This document shows, in pieces, positions 10,451 to 21,017 of a DNA stretch of 64,000 bases. Each line of letters starts with the position of its first letter. The stretch's first letter is position 1. This DNA is from Promethearchaeota archaeon. Lineage in GTDB: Archaea > Asgardarchaeota > Lokiarchaeia > Sigyniarchaeales > SOKP01. Made by a program: the position numbers and the translations under genes. The stretch lies in contig JAUVNS010000002.1 in the NCBI GenBank assembly GCA_030599585.1, forward strand, positions 64,001-128,000, given 5' to 3'. The notes under the pieces are model-generated. The model made no database searches. It was not told the DNA's origin and saw only the letters and a program-made list of their open reading frames with translations.

Positions 10451-12406
10451 ATGGATTATCTTAAAATCTTAAAAGGTCAACCTGAGGAAGAACTTTTTCT
10501 TTTAGGGAACATGGCCATTGCTCGTGGAGCTTTAGAAAGGGGTATAAATGTGTACACCTATTATCCAGGTACACCCAGTTCTGAAGTTGGAGAGATTTTC
10601 ACAAAAATTTATAAGAACGCAGGGATGAATTGGGTTGAAAGCAGTATAAACGAAAAGGTTGCATTGGAAGTAGCGGGCGCTGCTTATGCTCGAGGAGCAA
10701 AAGCTATGGTAGGTATGAAAAATGTGGGGTTGAATGTTGCTTCAGACCCCTTTTTTGCGCTTGCTACTACTCGTCCAAAGAATGAAAATTCAGCTATGGT
10801 TGTTTTAATTGCAGATGACCCTCAACAATATTCAAGTGCTGTTGAAATGGATTCAAGATATTACTTGAAACTATTAAAAATACCCGCTCTGGAACCTAGT
10901 AATCCTCAAGAATGCTTGGAATATACTAGATGTGCGTTTGAAATTTCAAGGGAATTAAAGATCCCTGTTATTATAAGACTGGTAACAATGATAGCTCACG
11001 CTAGGAGCAATGTTAAAATAGGAAAACTAATACCACCAAAACTTAATAAAACCTTTGATTTATCATCTGAGGTTAATGTTTCATCAAGACTCTATTTTTT
11101 AGACTTGAAACAAGATCAAATATACAATCGGATGAATCGAGCATTAGTTAAATCAGAAAAGAGTTCTTTAAATTGGATTGAAAATGAGAATACAGCAAAT
11201 ATTTTCAGTTTAGCAATTATAACTAGTGGCGTATCTTATAGCTATGTGATTGAAGCCTTGGAATTCCTGGACTTAAAGGCACCTATCCTTAAACTTGGCT
11301 TTATTAATCCTCTTCCTGAAAGAAAAATCGTTGCATTTCTAAAACGGTTTAAACAAGTGTTTGTCGTAGAAGAAAATGATGCGTACATCGAAACGGAAGT
11401 TTTAGCAATTGCTCAAAAGAATGGCATTCAAACAAAGATACACGGGAAAGATCCATTTTCTTATTCAAAAGAAAGTTCTTTATTGAATTTTGTTGGGGAA
11501 TTAAATCCAACTAAAGTAGCTCTTGCGCTGATAGAAATAACTAATCTAACACCAAAAATAAACCTAAAGCAAATTAAAGAGAAAAAGTACGAAACAGTTA
11601 GAAGGAGACCTGTATTATGTGCTGGCTGTCCTTACGCTACAATTGGATATGCTTTAAAGAAGGCGGTCGAAAAATTGGAATCCGACTCGAAAAAGGAAGT
11701 TTACTTTTACCAAGACATTGGGTGTTATACGCTTCTATCTTTTCCACCCTATTCTTTTGCTAATGTGAAATACTGTATGGGATCTAGTATCGCTCTAGCT
11801 CAGGGCGTTGCTCACACCGACGACAGCCTAAATATAGCCATTATAGGGGACGGTACTTTTTTTCATTCTGGAATACCCGCACTACTAAATGGGATTCACA
11901 ATAAAACACCAATTTTAGTATTAATTCTAGATAATGGTTGGATTGGAATGACCGGGCAACAACCCCATCTAGGAAGTGACACTCGTTATTATCAGGAGGG
12001 AAATCTTAAGAAAAAAATAAATTTAGAGAAGTTTTTACTAGGTACAGGAGCTAATATAAGCGTAATAAAACGCCAAAAACACATTGAAGGGAATTATCCT
12101 GACAGATTGAAAGATTTAATTTATGAAAAAGGTCAAATCGTTTTAGAAAAAAGAGAAATGCAGGTAATTGTTATTGAAGATGAATGTATCCAAAAATTTA
12201 ATCAAAGAAACACACTGGAAGTAAGGTATGTAGATGAAGGATTATGTACCAATTGTGGTATATGCTATAATCAATTTAACTGTACTGCGTTAAATGAAAA
12301 AAACGACAAAGCTTATATCAATTTAAGCGAATGTTTAGGGTGTGGTATCTGTGAAGAATTATGTCCAAACAATGCAATATTAGGAGGAGATAACAACGAG
12401 TTCTAA
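10451..12406 (+). CDS. iorA: Indolepyruvate:ferredoxin oxidoreductase subunit alpha
   Basis: LLGNMAIARGALE, YPGTPSSE, NEKVALE, KNVGLNVASD, LCAGCP, DIGCY, GDGTFFHSG and a C-terminal 2x[4Fe-4S] domain. Confidence 0.93.
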   Translation: MDYLKILKGQPEEELFLLGNMAIARGALERGINVYTYYPGTPSSEVGEIFTKIYKNAGMNWVESSINEKVALEVAGAAYARGAKAMVGMKNVGLNVASDPFFALATTRPKNENSAMVVLIADDPQQYSSAVEMDSRYYLKLLKIPALEPSNPQECLEYTRCAFEISRELKIPVIIRLVTMIAHARSNVKIGKLIPPKLNKTFDLSSEVNVSSRLYFLDLKQDQIYNRMNRALVKSEKSSLNWIENENTANIFSLAIITSGVSYSYVIEALEFLDLKAPILKLGFINPLPERKIVAFLKRFKQVFVVEENDAYIETEVLAIAQKNGIQTKIHGKDPFSYSKESSLLNFVGELNPTKVALALIEITNLTPKINLKQIKEKKYETVRRRPVLCAGCPYATIGYALKKAVEKLESDSKKEVYFYQDIGCYTLLSFPPYSFANVKYCMGSSIALAQGVAHTDDSLNIAIIGDGTFFHSGIPALLNGIHNKTPILVLILDNGWIGMTGQQPHLGSDTRYYQEGNLKKKINLEKFLLGTGANISVIKRQKHIEGNYPDRLKDLIYEKGQIVLEKREMQVIVIEDECIQKFNQRNTLEVRYVDEGLCTNCGICYNQFNCTALNEKNDKAYINLSECLGCGICEELCPNNAILGGDNNEF

Positions 12407-12974
12407 TAGCTATACAATAATAATTACAGGCTTGGGTGGACAAGGATTAATTAGGTTTTTACAAATTTTAGGATATAGTTTGATACAAAAAGGATATAAA
12501 GTAATAAGTTCTGAAAAACACGGTCTTAGTCAGAGGGGAGGTAAGGTAACATGCTTCCTACGTTTTGGAGAAAAGATAGCTGCCCCAATACCTATTATAG
12601 GTTCAGTAGATATGATAATCTCCTCTGAAAAAGCTTGTATTTTTGATGTATTAGAATTTACAAAACTTGATCGAAGTTCTAAGTTAATAATAGCAGATTA
12701 TGAGAAGGAATCTCAAAATAATGATTATCCTTCAGAAGAATATTTTATAAAAGTTCTAAATGAGAACTCGGATCATATTAATGTAATTCCAGTTATGCCA
12801 ATCGTCGCACAATTTAAGAATCTAAAAATTATAAATACGATTATTTTAGGGTACATTTTAAGATTCTTACCTATTAGTGAAGAGGATATTAAAAAATCAA
12901 TAAATGTATATTTTAAAAAAGATCTAGTGGTCCTAAATCAGAAAGCACTTGAAGAGGGAATAAAATTAAAATAA
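12396..12974 (+). CDS. iorB: Indolepyruvate:ferredoxin oxidoreductase subunit beta, probable non-canonical start
   Basis: IIITGLGGQG and SEKHGLSQRGG. The frame is open upstream of the annotated TTG (12432) back to TAG 12381-12383; GGAGG at 12383-12387 precedes ACG at 12396. Confidence 0.85.
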   Translation, partial: TSSNSYTIIITGLGGQGLIRFLQILGYSLIQKGYKVISSEKHGLSQRGGKVTCFLRFGEKIAAPIPIIGSVDMIISSEKACIFDVLEFTKLDRSSKLIIADYEKESQNNDYPSEEYFIKVLNENSDHINVIPVMPIVAQFKNLKIINTIILGYILRFLPISEEDIKKSINVYFKKDLVVLNQKALEEGIKLK

Positions 12975-13021
12975 TTGGTAATAATATAATTGTCATAAAT
13001 TATACCCTCATAGGTTTCTTA

Positions 13022-13031
13022 GAACATGTTC
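13022..13031. promoter_or_regulatory. Palindrome GAACATGTTC, candidate transcription-factor site
   Basis: Perfect 10-bp palindrome. Its AACATGTT core ends 10 nt before a TATA-like ATTATATG (13041-13048) upstream of the hemerythrin gene. Confidence 0.4.
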
Positions 13032-13103
13032 ACGATAAAAATTATATGATCTTCCATTTTTAATTGAAATAGAAGTTAAAATGTTTTATCGTAGTGGAGT
13101 AAA

Positions 13104-13886
13104 ATGAGTGTAGAAGCGTATCTTAACAAAGGAATAAAAGAAATTATCACGGAATTTCCTGAAGTTGAAAAAATTTTAGACGAATTTGAGATTGCATGTA
13201 GCACTTGCGGTGAAGGTCTATGTTTATTGAAGGATATAGTAGAAATTCATTATATGGAAGAGGAAGTAGAATCAGAGCTAATGGCAAAAATTTCAAACGC
13301 TATTTTCCCTAACAAAGCTATCGAATTCCCTAAAAGAAAAAGAAAAACGAGTGGTCCTAAGGAAATTAAGTATTCCCCTCCTATGAAAAAGATGGTAGAA
13401 GAACACGTTCTAATAAAGAGATGGTTAGCGCTCTTACCAGAAGTAATTGATAACTTAGACTTAGATACGGAAGAAGGGTTACAACTTATTAACAACGGAA
13501 TAGATTTTATTCGGAATTTCGCAGATAAATATCATCATGCGAAAGAAGAAGATGAGACATTCAAGTATTTTGACGAAAATTTTGACATGATCAAGGTTAT
13601 ACGTAACGATCACATTAGAGTTCGTGGACATGTGAAAGCAATGCTCCAAGCGATTGAAAATAAAGATAAGAAAATGTTAGCAGAGCATCTAGTTTCTTAC
13701 AGTCAGATATTACCTGAGCATATTAAAAAGGAAGACGAAATTCTATTTCCTTGGATGGATAGAAACCTAACTACAAATCAAATTGGGCAATTATATTCGA
13801 GATTTAACGAAATTGACGCAGAATACGGGGAAGCTCCCATAAAACATAGAACTTTTATAGAAGAGTTAGAAAAAAAATTCTCTTAA
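13104..13886 (+). CDS. Hemerythrin-domain protein with small N-terminal CxxC domain
   Basis: EEH...HHAKEE...DH...EHIKKEDEILFP; N-terminal IACSTC...IVEIH. Confidence 0.85.
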   Translation: MSVEAYLNKGIKEIITEFPEVEKILDEFEIACSTCGEGLCLLKDIVEIHYMEEEVESELMAKISNAIFPNKAIEFPKRKRKTSGPKEIKYSPPMKKMVEEHVLIKRWLALLPEVIDNLDLDTEEGLQLINNGIDFIRNFADKYHHAKEEDETFKYFDENFDMIKVIRNDHIRVRGHVKAMLQAIENKDKKMLAEHLVSYSQILPEHIKKEDEILFPWMDRNLTTNQIGQLYSRFNEIDAEYGEAPIKHRTFIEELEKKFS

Positions 13887-14010
13887 ATCTATACAAAAAT
13901 GAAGATATTATATTCTTGGATACAGATTCACATCCTTTTTATTTTATCTTCCTTTTCACTATTAATATTACATAATTATTCGCAATAAAAAGCACAAGAT
14001 TTGATTTAAA

Positions 14011-14220
14011 TTGGAACGAAAAAAACTTATTGGTTTAATTCTATTAATAGCAGGATTAGTATTTATTTCTATAAATCTGTTTGTGATTTATCCTTTTATT
14101 AGTTGTTTTTTTGCACCCCTTACATTTTGGCTTCTCGCCATTATAGCTGCTGTCACTGGATTAGTATTATTTTTTGATATAAACTTATCCTTTTCTGAAG
14201 AGGAAGAGGAAAAGGATTAA
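14011..14220 (+). CDS. Small 2-TM membrane protein with acidic tail
   Basis: Two hydrophobic segments and a C-terminal EEEEEKD. Confidence 0.6.
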   Translation: MERKKLIGLILLIAGLVFISINLFVIYPFISCFFAPLTFWLLAIIAAVTGLVLFFDINLSFSEEEEEKD

Positions 14221-14318
14221 TACAGAGACGTACTTATAAGGGATGGAAATCTTATCGAAGAAATAGAACAAAAATTCTGTTAAAAAATTTATTTTATTCT
14301 TTTTGTTTTTTAAATTTG

Positions 14319-14936
14319 CTATTTACTATATCTCATCATCAACCAGACATCGGTATCAAATTCAGGTAAATCTATTTGTTCGATAACTTCAAATCCAAAA
14401 TGTTCGTATAATGAAATATTTCTTTCGCCCGTTTCTAAATAACAAGGTAAATTGTTTTCATCGAGTTTGGCAAGCATAGGTTTCAATAATTTGCTAGCAT
14501 AGCCCTTTCCTTGATGTTTTGGGTCTATCGCAAGGTTATACAAATACATATGAGGAAAACTGGCATGCTGTTTATGTTTTTCATTAGCTAATTTGCTATA
14601 TCGCATAAGTTGTTTTCGACCTTTTTTTCCTGCTGCAATAATCATAGAAAGAGCTCCATGTCGTATGTAATGCCAATTTGTTAGATTTATTTTATCGTGA
14701 GGCAACCAACCGGCAACACCTTCGATATTTTTACTTGGGGCGTAAACATTACCAAATTTTAAAGATATCCGATAAGTTAAATTCATTAATTTTATTAAAA
14801 ATTTCATTTGTTTAGAGGAATCTATAGAGGAATAAGAAAAATCATCAGCTTCAAAATAAGCTCTGGCAGCAACTTTCCCAGCTAAATAAATATTTGTTTT
14901 ATCGAATCTAAATAGATTCTCAAGGTCGTTAAACAC
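14319..14936 (-). CDS. GNAT family N-acetyltransferase
   Basis: LAIDPKHQGKGYAS, CYLET, NISLYEHFGF. Confidence 0.9.
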   Translation of the reverse strand: MFNDLENLFRFDKTNIYLAGKVAARAYFEADDFSYSSIDSSKQMKFLIKLMNLTYRISLKFGNVYAPSKNIEGVAGWLPHDKINLTNWHYIRHGALSMIIAAGKKGRKQLMRYSKLANEKHKQHASFPHMYLYNLAIDPKHQGKGYASKLLKPMLAKLDENNLPCYLETGERNISLYEHFGFEVIEQIDLPEFDTDVWLMMRYSK

Positions 14937-15195
14937 AGATAAAGTAATTTTCTATTGCTATTAATCTCTTCTAAAAAAAAATAGAAGTTAGCAAATTAGA
15001 TGATATCCTAAGTTTTTTTATAGCAGGAAGGGCTTAGTTCTTAATTTTAAGTCAATTTATTATTTTTCTTAAATTTTTTGTCCAATTTGTTTTAATTTTA
15101 TAATTAAATTGTAAGAGACCTAAATAAATCTACATCCATCTTCTTAAAAGGGTTAATCTTCATTGCTACAACAATGATTATAATAACAATTTGAG

Positions 15196-15738
15196 ATGAA
15201 AAATGTGAGTGATAAAAACAAAAGAAAGAATACTTCAACTATTTCAGTTATCGCTCTTCTTTTTGGTCTAGCGGGTTTAAGCGTGGGCGTTATTTCGTTA
15301 ATCTTGCCTAGCACACCCTCTCAACAAGAAGGGGTCCGGGTAACTGGGATTTGGTTTAGTGAATCTGGTGATCCATTTTATCTAACTAGCGGATCGGCCA
15401 CCGAAATTCCGAATTTATTAATAGACTTTTCAGCAAATTCAGGGGAAACAATACATTTCTTATACACCGGAACGGCTCTGTTAGATACGAGTCCTTATTT
15501 TGGGCAACCCGCGCAATTACAATTTCAGTTTGTTTTAGATGGTAATGTTTTTTCGAGCTTTACTAATTTAATAACCCCAGATATGAGCGGTGAGAACTTC
15601 ACTGTTCCTATAACACTTGCTTACACATCAGATACTATTTCGGGATTGCAGCATAATATAACAGTACGAGTGTATAGTGGTGCAAATGATGCAGCTGTCT
15701 ACAAGAATAAATTATTGGTTCAGACTTTTTCTACTTAG
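15196..15738 (+). CDS. N-terminally anchored surface protein with beta-rich domain
   Basis: Basic N-terminus, one TM helix, then beta-strand-rich Ser/Thr-rich sequence with NxT sequons. Confidence 0.7.
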   Translation: MKNVSDKNKRKNTSTISVIALLFGLAGLSVGVISLILPSTPSQQEGVRVTGIWFSESGDPFYLTSGSATEIPNLLIDFSANSGETIHFLYTGTALLDTSPYFGQPAQLQFQFVLDGNVFSSFTNLITPDMSGENFTVPITLAYTSDTISGLQHNITVRVYSGANDAAVYKNKLLVQTFST

Positions 15739-15871
15739 AATTTGAACTTAAAATTAACAACATTTTTTCTTTCTTATTTTTTAAATAATTATTTTTAAGT
15801 CTTTAAATTATAGTAGACTTAATAGAATAGAAAGAATATCTAAGAACTTCCTTCAATTAAGTAAGAAAAAA

Positions 15872-16147
15872 ATGTTCCATGATAAAGTCGAATTTCAAGC
15901 TCTCAATAAGCTTTCTTTAAAAGTTGTTCTTATATTCGTGATTTTTGCTTTTGGGTTGGTATGTGTGTATTCAACAGTAACTCTCTACCTAACTTTTGGA
16001 ATTACGGGCCTTATAATAAAAGTAGTATTAAAAAAGTTCAAGAAGTCAAAAAAGCTTAGACGAACCTTGTTTGAATTCCACACGAGTTTAATAATATTTA
16101 TAATAATTATTTCACTCCACATCGCCCACGTCGCCTATGGGGATTAA
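15872..16147 (+). CDS. Small membrane protein
   Basis: About 3 hydrophobic segments with a basic loop. Confidence 0.5.
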   Translation: MFHDKVEFQALNKLSLKVVLIFVIFAFGLVCVYSTVTLYLTFGITGLIIKVVLKKFKKSKKLRRTLFEFHTSLIIFIIIISLHIAHVAYGD

Positions 16148-16161
16148 TCCATCATGGAATA

Positions 16162-17436
16162 TCAGCGAGTTTTCATTTTTAAATTTCGGGATAGGTAAAG
16201 TAAGGGTATTAGGACCGATACTACAAGGATTATAAGGAATACAAAAACACCATAGATGTTAATTTCTGCGATAAAACCCGCCGCAATTGGGGTTAAACCA
16301 AAACCAATACCCTTTAATATTTCGTTTATAGTAGAATATTTTTTTGTATTTTTCGCAGCACCGTAATCAATCATGATTTTTAACGAAGTACCTTGAATTA
16401 ACCCTATAAAAAGCCCGATAGATGCACTTATTATGGATACATATAGTATGTCTTGAACTAATACGATCGCTATGGAGCTAACTAGTATCATAATAAGACT
16501 AACATATACGGATATTTTTTTAGAATAGAGTTTCATAGAGTTACTCCAGGTTAATCCACCTAATTGTCCGACTTGCATTGAAAGTTGAATGAGATATGAA
16601 AAATATGAGGGACTACCGGAACTTTTTAGAAATACGGGAATACTAAACCGGAACACAGATTTTGATGCAGCATATATTAATAAAATGATCCAGGAAAACA
16701 AAATAGGATAAACAATCAGCTTATTGTTTGATTTATGTTGGTCTTGAGCTACCATAACACTGTTAAGTTTCGAGTCTCCATTTTTGTTTATGAAATTCCT
16801 ATCCACATGGTTTAATTCTGATTCCTTTTTAAGGAATAGACTAAAGATTGGTAGCGAAAAAGAAATTACAAACGCGAAAATCATAGCGATATATTCGTCC
16901 AAAGCGAAAGCCCAAAAGTAACCAACTAAAAGTCCTGAAATAAAGCCTAGATTCCAAGAAAAATTAAAATGTCTGAAATTTTTATTAGATTTAGCATCAC
17001 TACTAACACTTTGCCATCTGCTTAGCAAGTTATAACAATTAGGCCAAAATATGCCTATTAATAATCCACTTAAAACTCGAATAAAAATGAGATAAAACGG
17101 CTCAAAGTAAATCATTTGAGCAGCCACTAGGATAGGAGTGCCAATCGCAGATATTATGATTGAATTTCGAATTCCTAGTTTTTTTGTAATTAGGTGGCCA
17201 AGAATAGGACCGAAGATATACGCAATTGCAGGTGCTGAACTAATTATTCCTAGCATACTCTCGCTTACATCTTGATAGAAATAAATATAATTTTGAAAAG
17301 CTCTTTCAAAAATAGATAAGAAAAATAATCGGCAAAAGGAAAGCATAAAAATGGGCCAAACACGATAAGAGAATACATTCTCACATTTGTTTACCTCTCC
17401 AGAGCGGAAAGAGGGTGTATCTTCTGCAATCCCCAA
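16162..17436 (-). CDS. MFS transporter
   Basis: About 12 TM helices in 6+6 arrangement; paralog of 25324..26589. Confidence 0.85.
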   Translation of the reverse strand: MGIAEDTPSFRSGEVNKCENVFSYRVWPIFMLSFCRLFFLSIFERAFQNYIYFYQDVSESMLGIISSAPAIAYIFGPILGHLITKKLGIRNSIIISAIGTPILVAAQMIYFEPFYLIFIRVLSGLLIGIFWPNCYNLLSRWQSVSSDAKSNKNFRHFNFSWNLGFISGLLVGYFWAFALDEYIAMIFAFVISFSLPIFSLFLKKESELNHVDRNFINKNGDSKLNSVMVAQDQHKSNNKLIVYPILFSWIILLIYAASKSVFRFSIPVFLKSSGSPSYFSYLIQLSMQVGQLGGLTWSNSMKLYSKKISVYVSLIMILVSSIAIVLVQDILYVSIISASIGLFIGLIQGTSLKIMIDYGAAKNTKKYSTINEILKGIGFGLTPIAAGFIAEINIYGVFVFLIILVVSVLIPLLYLSRNLKMKTR

Positions 17437-17568
17437 GTTTGTTACCTAATTCTTCTAATAAGAAATAGAACAGCGTATATCTCAAATACTTTTTCGATTA
17501 GTAAAAATTTATTAACAAAATGTTACATAAATTATCTGAAAGTTATTCATAATTTCATAGGATTAAAA

Positions 17569-19122
17569 ATGAATGTAAAAGAAATTAAGGGTCGTGTTGA
17601 TTTTAGTTCTGGAAAATTTTTAGGATATGTATTATGGAGGCAGTCTGACGGTTTTCACTTGAGATGGACAACTAAAGGAAAAAAAGAAAATAATTTTCAA
17701 GGAAAGATAGTCTTTCAAAGCAAAGTGTTACTAACTAAAAAGCTCAGACCAGAATCTAAAGATAATATAAAACAATCAGAGAGTAAAACGATTGAATGGG
17801 ACACTACACTGAAAAACGACATTGATGGGGTAGACTTCCTCACTCCAGGAAACTTCGAATTAGAACTACGAATAGATAAGAAAAAAATAAAACCAAAAAG
17901 CATTTTTCTGGGACCTCAGATGATACAACCTGAGAGTAATCCATTTACGGTAATTCAAAAAACGCTTGATAAAGAAGATATAATTGATGAACCCGTCCTA
18001 AAAAAAAGGACTGAACCTATTTACGAGCCTACTCTTGAGCCAGAATCAGAGCCTGAACCTGAGCCAGAACCTGAGCCAGAACCTGAGCCAGAACCTGAGC
18101 CAGAACCAGAACCAGAACCAGAACCAGAATCTAAGCCTGAACCAGTATATGAGCCTACGCCTGAGCCAGAACCAGAACCGGAACCTGAGCCAGAGCCTAA
18201 ATCAGAACCAGTGTATGAACCTATACCAGAGCCTGAACCAGATCCAGTATATGAACCTACGCCAGAGCCTGAACTAGAACCAGTATACGAACCTACGCCA
18301 GAGCCTAAACCAGAACCAGTGTATGAAACTATACCAGAGCCTGAACCAGAACCAGTATACGATCCTACGCCAGAGCCTGAACCAGAACCAGTATACGATC
18401 CTACACCAGAACCAGAACTTGTATACGAACCTACGCCAGAGCCGGAACCAGAATCAGAATTTGAACCTAATTTTATGCCAGAAATAGCATTTGAACCTAT
18501 TCTTGAGCCAGAGCCATATGAACCTAAGCCAGAGCCAGAGCCTGAACCAGAATCAGTGTATGAACCTGTACCAGAGCCTGAACCAGAACCAGTGTATGAA
18601 CCTACGCCAGAGCCTAAACCAGAACCAGTGTATGAACCTATACCAGAGCCTGAACCAGATCCAGTATATGAACCTACGCCAGAGCCTAAACCAGAACCAG
18701 TGTATGAAACTATACCAGAGCCTGAACCAGAACCAGTATTCGATCCTACGCCAGAGCCTGAACCAGAACCAGTATTCGATCCTACACCAGAGCCTGAACC
18801 AGAACCAGTGTATGAACCTACGCCAGAGCCTAAACCAGAACCAGTGTATGAACCTATACCAGAGCCTGAACCAGATCCAGTATATGAACCTACGCCAGAG
18901 CCTGAACTAGAACCAGTATACGAACCTACGCCAGAGCCTGAACCAGAACCAGTATACGATCCTACACCAGAACCAGTATACGAATCTACGCCCGAACCAG
19001 TATTCGAACCTATTCCCAGTCCAGAACATGAACCGCTCTCAGAACCTTTTTATAAGCCAAAGTCCGAAGAGGATGAAGAAACCGAGGATGAAGATGAAAT
19101 GAAATCCTCAGATGAATACTAA
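17569..19122 (+). CDS. Protein with globular N-terminal domain and long Pro/Glu-rich repeat tail
   Basis: About 130-aa N-terminal domain ([17 protein letters not shown]), then ~340 aa of [10 protein letters not shown] repeats and an acidic C-terminus. Confidence 0.85.
   Translation: MNVKEIKGRVDFSSGKFLGYVLWRQSDGFHLRWTTKGKKENNFQGKIVFQSKVLLTKKLRPESKDNIKQSESKTIEWDTTLKNDIDGVDFLTPGNFELELRIDKKKIKPKSIFLGPQMIQPESNPFTVIQKTLDKEDIIDEPVLKKRTEPIYEPTLEPESEPEPEPEPEPEPEPEPEPEPEPEPEPESKPEPVYEPTPEPEPEPEPEPEPKSEPVYEPIPEPEPDPVYEPTPEPELEPVYEPTPEPKPEPVYETIPEPEPEPVYDPTPEPEPEPVYDPTPEPELVYEPTPEPEPESEFEPNFMPEIAFEPILEPEPYEPKPEPEPEPESVYEPVPEPEPEPVYEPTPEPKPEPVYEPIPEPEPDPVYEPTPEPKPEPVYETIPEPEPEPVFDPTPEPEPEPVFDPTPEPEPEPVYEPTPEPKPEPVYEPIPEPEPDPVYEPTPEPELEPVYEPTPEPEPEPVYDPTPEPVYESTPEPVFEPIPSPEHEPLSEPFYKPKSEEDEETEDEDEMKSSDEY
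18012..19020 (+). repeat. Coding tandem repeats: (GAGCCA/GAACCT/GAACCA)n and ~36-bp units encoding [12 protein letters not shown]
   Basis: Directly visible repeated units such as ccagagcctgaaccagaaccagtgtatgaacctacg, with duplicated higher-order blocks. Confidence 0.95.
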
Positions 19123-19706
19123 ATCAGATATTTTTAAATTTTAATTCTTCTTTATATTACATACGATCTACTTTATTTAATCAAATAAAAGTAACTTAGT
19201 TTTAACATTTGATGAAAAATGTTAGAAAAGAATCATTATTTTAACAAATTGAACTTAAATCTGGTGATTAATTACTGCCAGATTCTATTGGCTTTTTTTT
19301 TCAAAAAAACAGACTGTTTTCAATGCTCGTTTCAATAACGCACTTGTAGTCCTTAAAGGCTACTTCGGAAAACACATATGCATGATTTTTAACTTCCATC
19401 AACTAATCTAGTTTTCGAAATTACATTAGAAAGGAGTTAAAAATGGATGAAGATATATTAATTAATGGCTCAAAAAAGTGAACATTTCCTATTTGACAAC
19501 CAATTATTTGAATTATATATTCTACTTAGTGATATTTAGGAATTAGAGAATAAAATAGATGAAGAAAAGGTTTATAAAGGAGAAATGATTTTTTATTAAT
19601 AATCAATGAATCTTAATACTCAATTATTATCATATAATATTTGATTGAACAAGAAATGATTTAAAACCTAATTGATGAGGTGGCTAATTCGATATGACGG
19701 ATTAGC

Positions 19707-19895
19707 ATGTCAGTAATATATCAAAGACAAAGAAGAAAAAAGAAGAAATATCCTCGAAACAGAATCAGTAGAAAAGTCCTTAATAGACAAAAATTAAGGA
19801 AAAAAGTATTAAAATCTCGAGGGTGGAAACTTAATTATCCAGAGTTATTCGAATACTCTGATAAGTTTCCTTATATCATCAGGAAGAATCAGTAA
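19707..19895 (+). CDS. Small, highly basic protein
   Basis: 62 aa, Lys/Arg-rich (QRRKKKKYPRNR...KLRKKVLKSR); GAGGTG upstream and a T-tract downstream. Confidence 0.6.
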   Translation: MSVIYQRQRRKKKKYPRNRISRKVLNRQKLRKKVLKSRGWKLNYPELFEYSDKFPYIIRKNQ

Positions 19896-19935
19896 ATAAT
19901 ACTAATATTATTTTTTTTTATTCCTTTTAAGTTGT

Positions 19936-20775
19936 TTATTCATGCGGTAGTAGGGTTACTAGAGATATTATTAAGATTATCCCACATAAAAAAATTAATG
20001 CTTGTATTATCGATTTTTTTAAATCCTTTTCCTTTATCAATTCAGGCATGAGTTCAGTACTAGCGATATATAAAAAACCACCGCCCGAGAATGCTAAGAA
20101 AAAGAGATTAAAGATTTCTACGTTGTCTGACAAGATAAATGCTGTTAATCCACCTAATAAGGCAATCATACCACTAAGAAAATTAAAGAATAGCGCTTTT
20201 TTCTTTGAAAATCCACCGTATAAAAGTATTCCGAAATCGCCGATTTCTTGTGGGAACTCGTGAAACACCACAGCGAGAGTTATAATTATACCGCTTTTAG
20301 TTCCACTTAAAAATGCAACCATTATGATTATCCCATCCAAAAAGTTATGAAGTCCATCCCCGATTAAATTAAGAAGAGCAAAACTTTTAACCCCACTACT
20401 TTGTGACAATGAGTAGTCTTCGCCCTCTCCTAAACCAGTATAACACACTAATTTGTTTTCTTTTTCATGCGCGTGCCCGTGAAACCAGTAAATAAAACGT
20501 TCGATAACGAAAAATATCACAAAACCAAAAATAATAAAGATAAAAACTAAATTTTCAGCAATTCCTGCTCCACTTGAATTCAATTCCTCTAAATGGTGAA
20601 TTGATTCTGGAATTAAATCGAATAACGCAGATGCCAGAATTGTACCAGTTGCAAACGCCACTAAAATGAAGAGAATGTTGTCTAATGTCTTTTCCCTTAT
20701 TGAAATCATAAATAATCCAAGTAAACTGAAGCTACCGATAATAAATATCATTAAAAAGCCTATTATTACTTCCAT
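19936..20775 (-). CDS. ZIP family metal transporter
   Basis: GDGLHNFLDG, HEFPQEIGDFGILL and a His-rich loop HGHAH. Confidence 0.93.
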   Translation of the reverse strand: MEVIIGFLMIFIIGSFSLLGLFMISIREKTLDNILFILVAFATGTILASALFDLIPESIHHLEELNSSGAGIAENLVFIFIIFGFVIFFVIERFIYWFHGHAHEKENKLVCYTGLGEGEDYSLSQSSGVKSFALLNLIGDGLHNFLDGIIIMVAFLSGTKSGIIITLAVVFHEFPQEIGDFGILLYGGFSKKKALFFNFLSGMIALLGGLTAFILSDNVEIFNLFFLAFSGGGFLYIASTELMPELIKEKDLKKSIIQALIFLCGIILIISLVTLLPHE

Positions 20776-21017
20776 CTTCTATCTTTGATTCTGTTATTGT
20801 GTAATCTAGCTTTAAATGTCTTGCTATAGACAAAATGAACTAGTAATAAAATAACTATAGTTTCTAATTATTAAAAAGTTGATTAATGGAAATACAATCA
20901 TTTCGATTTAGAAAATCTACCAGATACATATTACAAAAAAGAACATATCTCTTAATTTCTGGGTAGGAATAAAGTATTAATCCATAATAAAATAAAATTT
21001 CTGATTACTGCTTTATC

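Noticed and set aside
18035-18910. Alternate-frame ORFs rich in SLNQNQ (18035..18277, 18491..18910)
   Set aside because: They are by-products of the stop-free PE repeat in another frame.
18012-19020. Possible CRISPR array (~36-bp periodicity)
   Set aside because: Units are contiguous with no unique spacers, they are in-frame coding, and no cas genes are present.
19270-19399. Selenocysteine readthrough at TGA 19303-19301
   Set aside because: It lies in a homopolymer context with no redox motif, and I could not identify a SECIS element.
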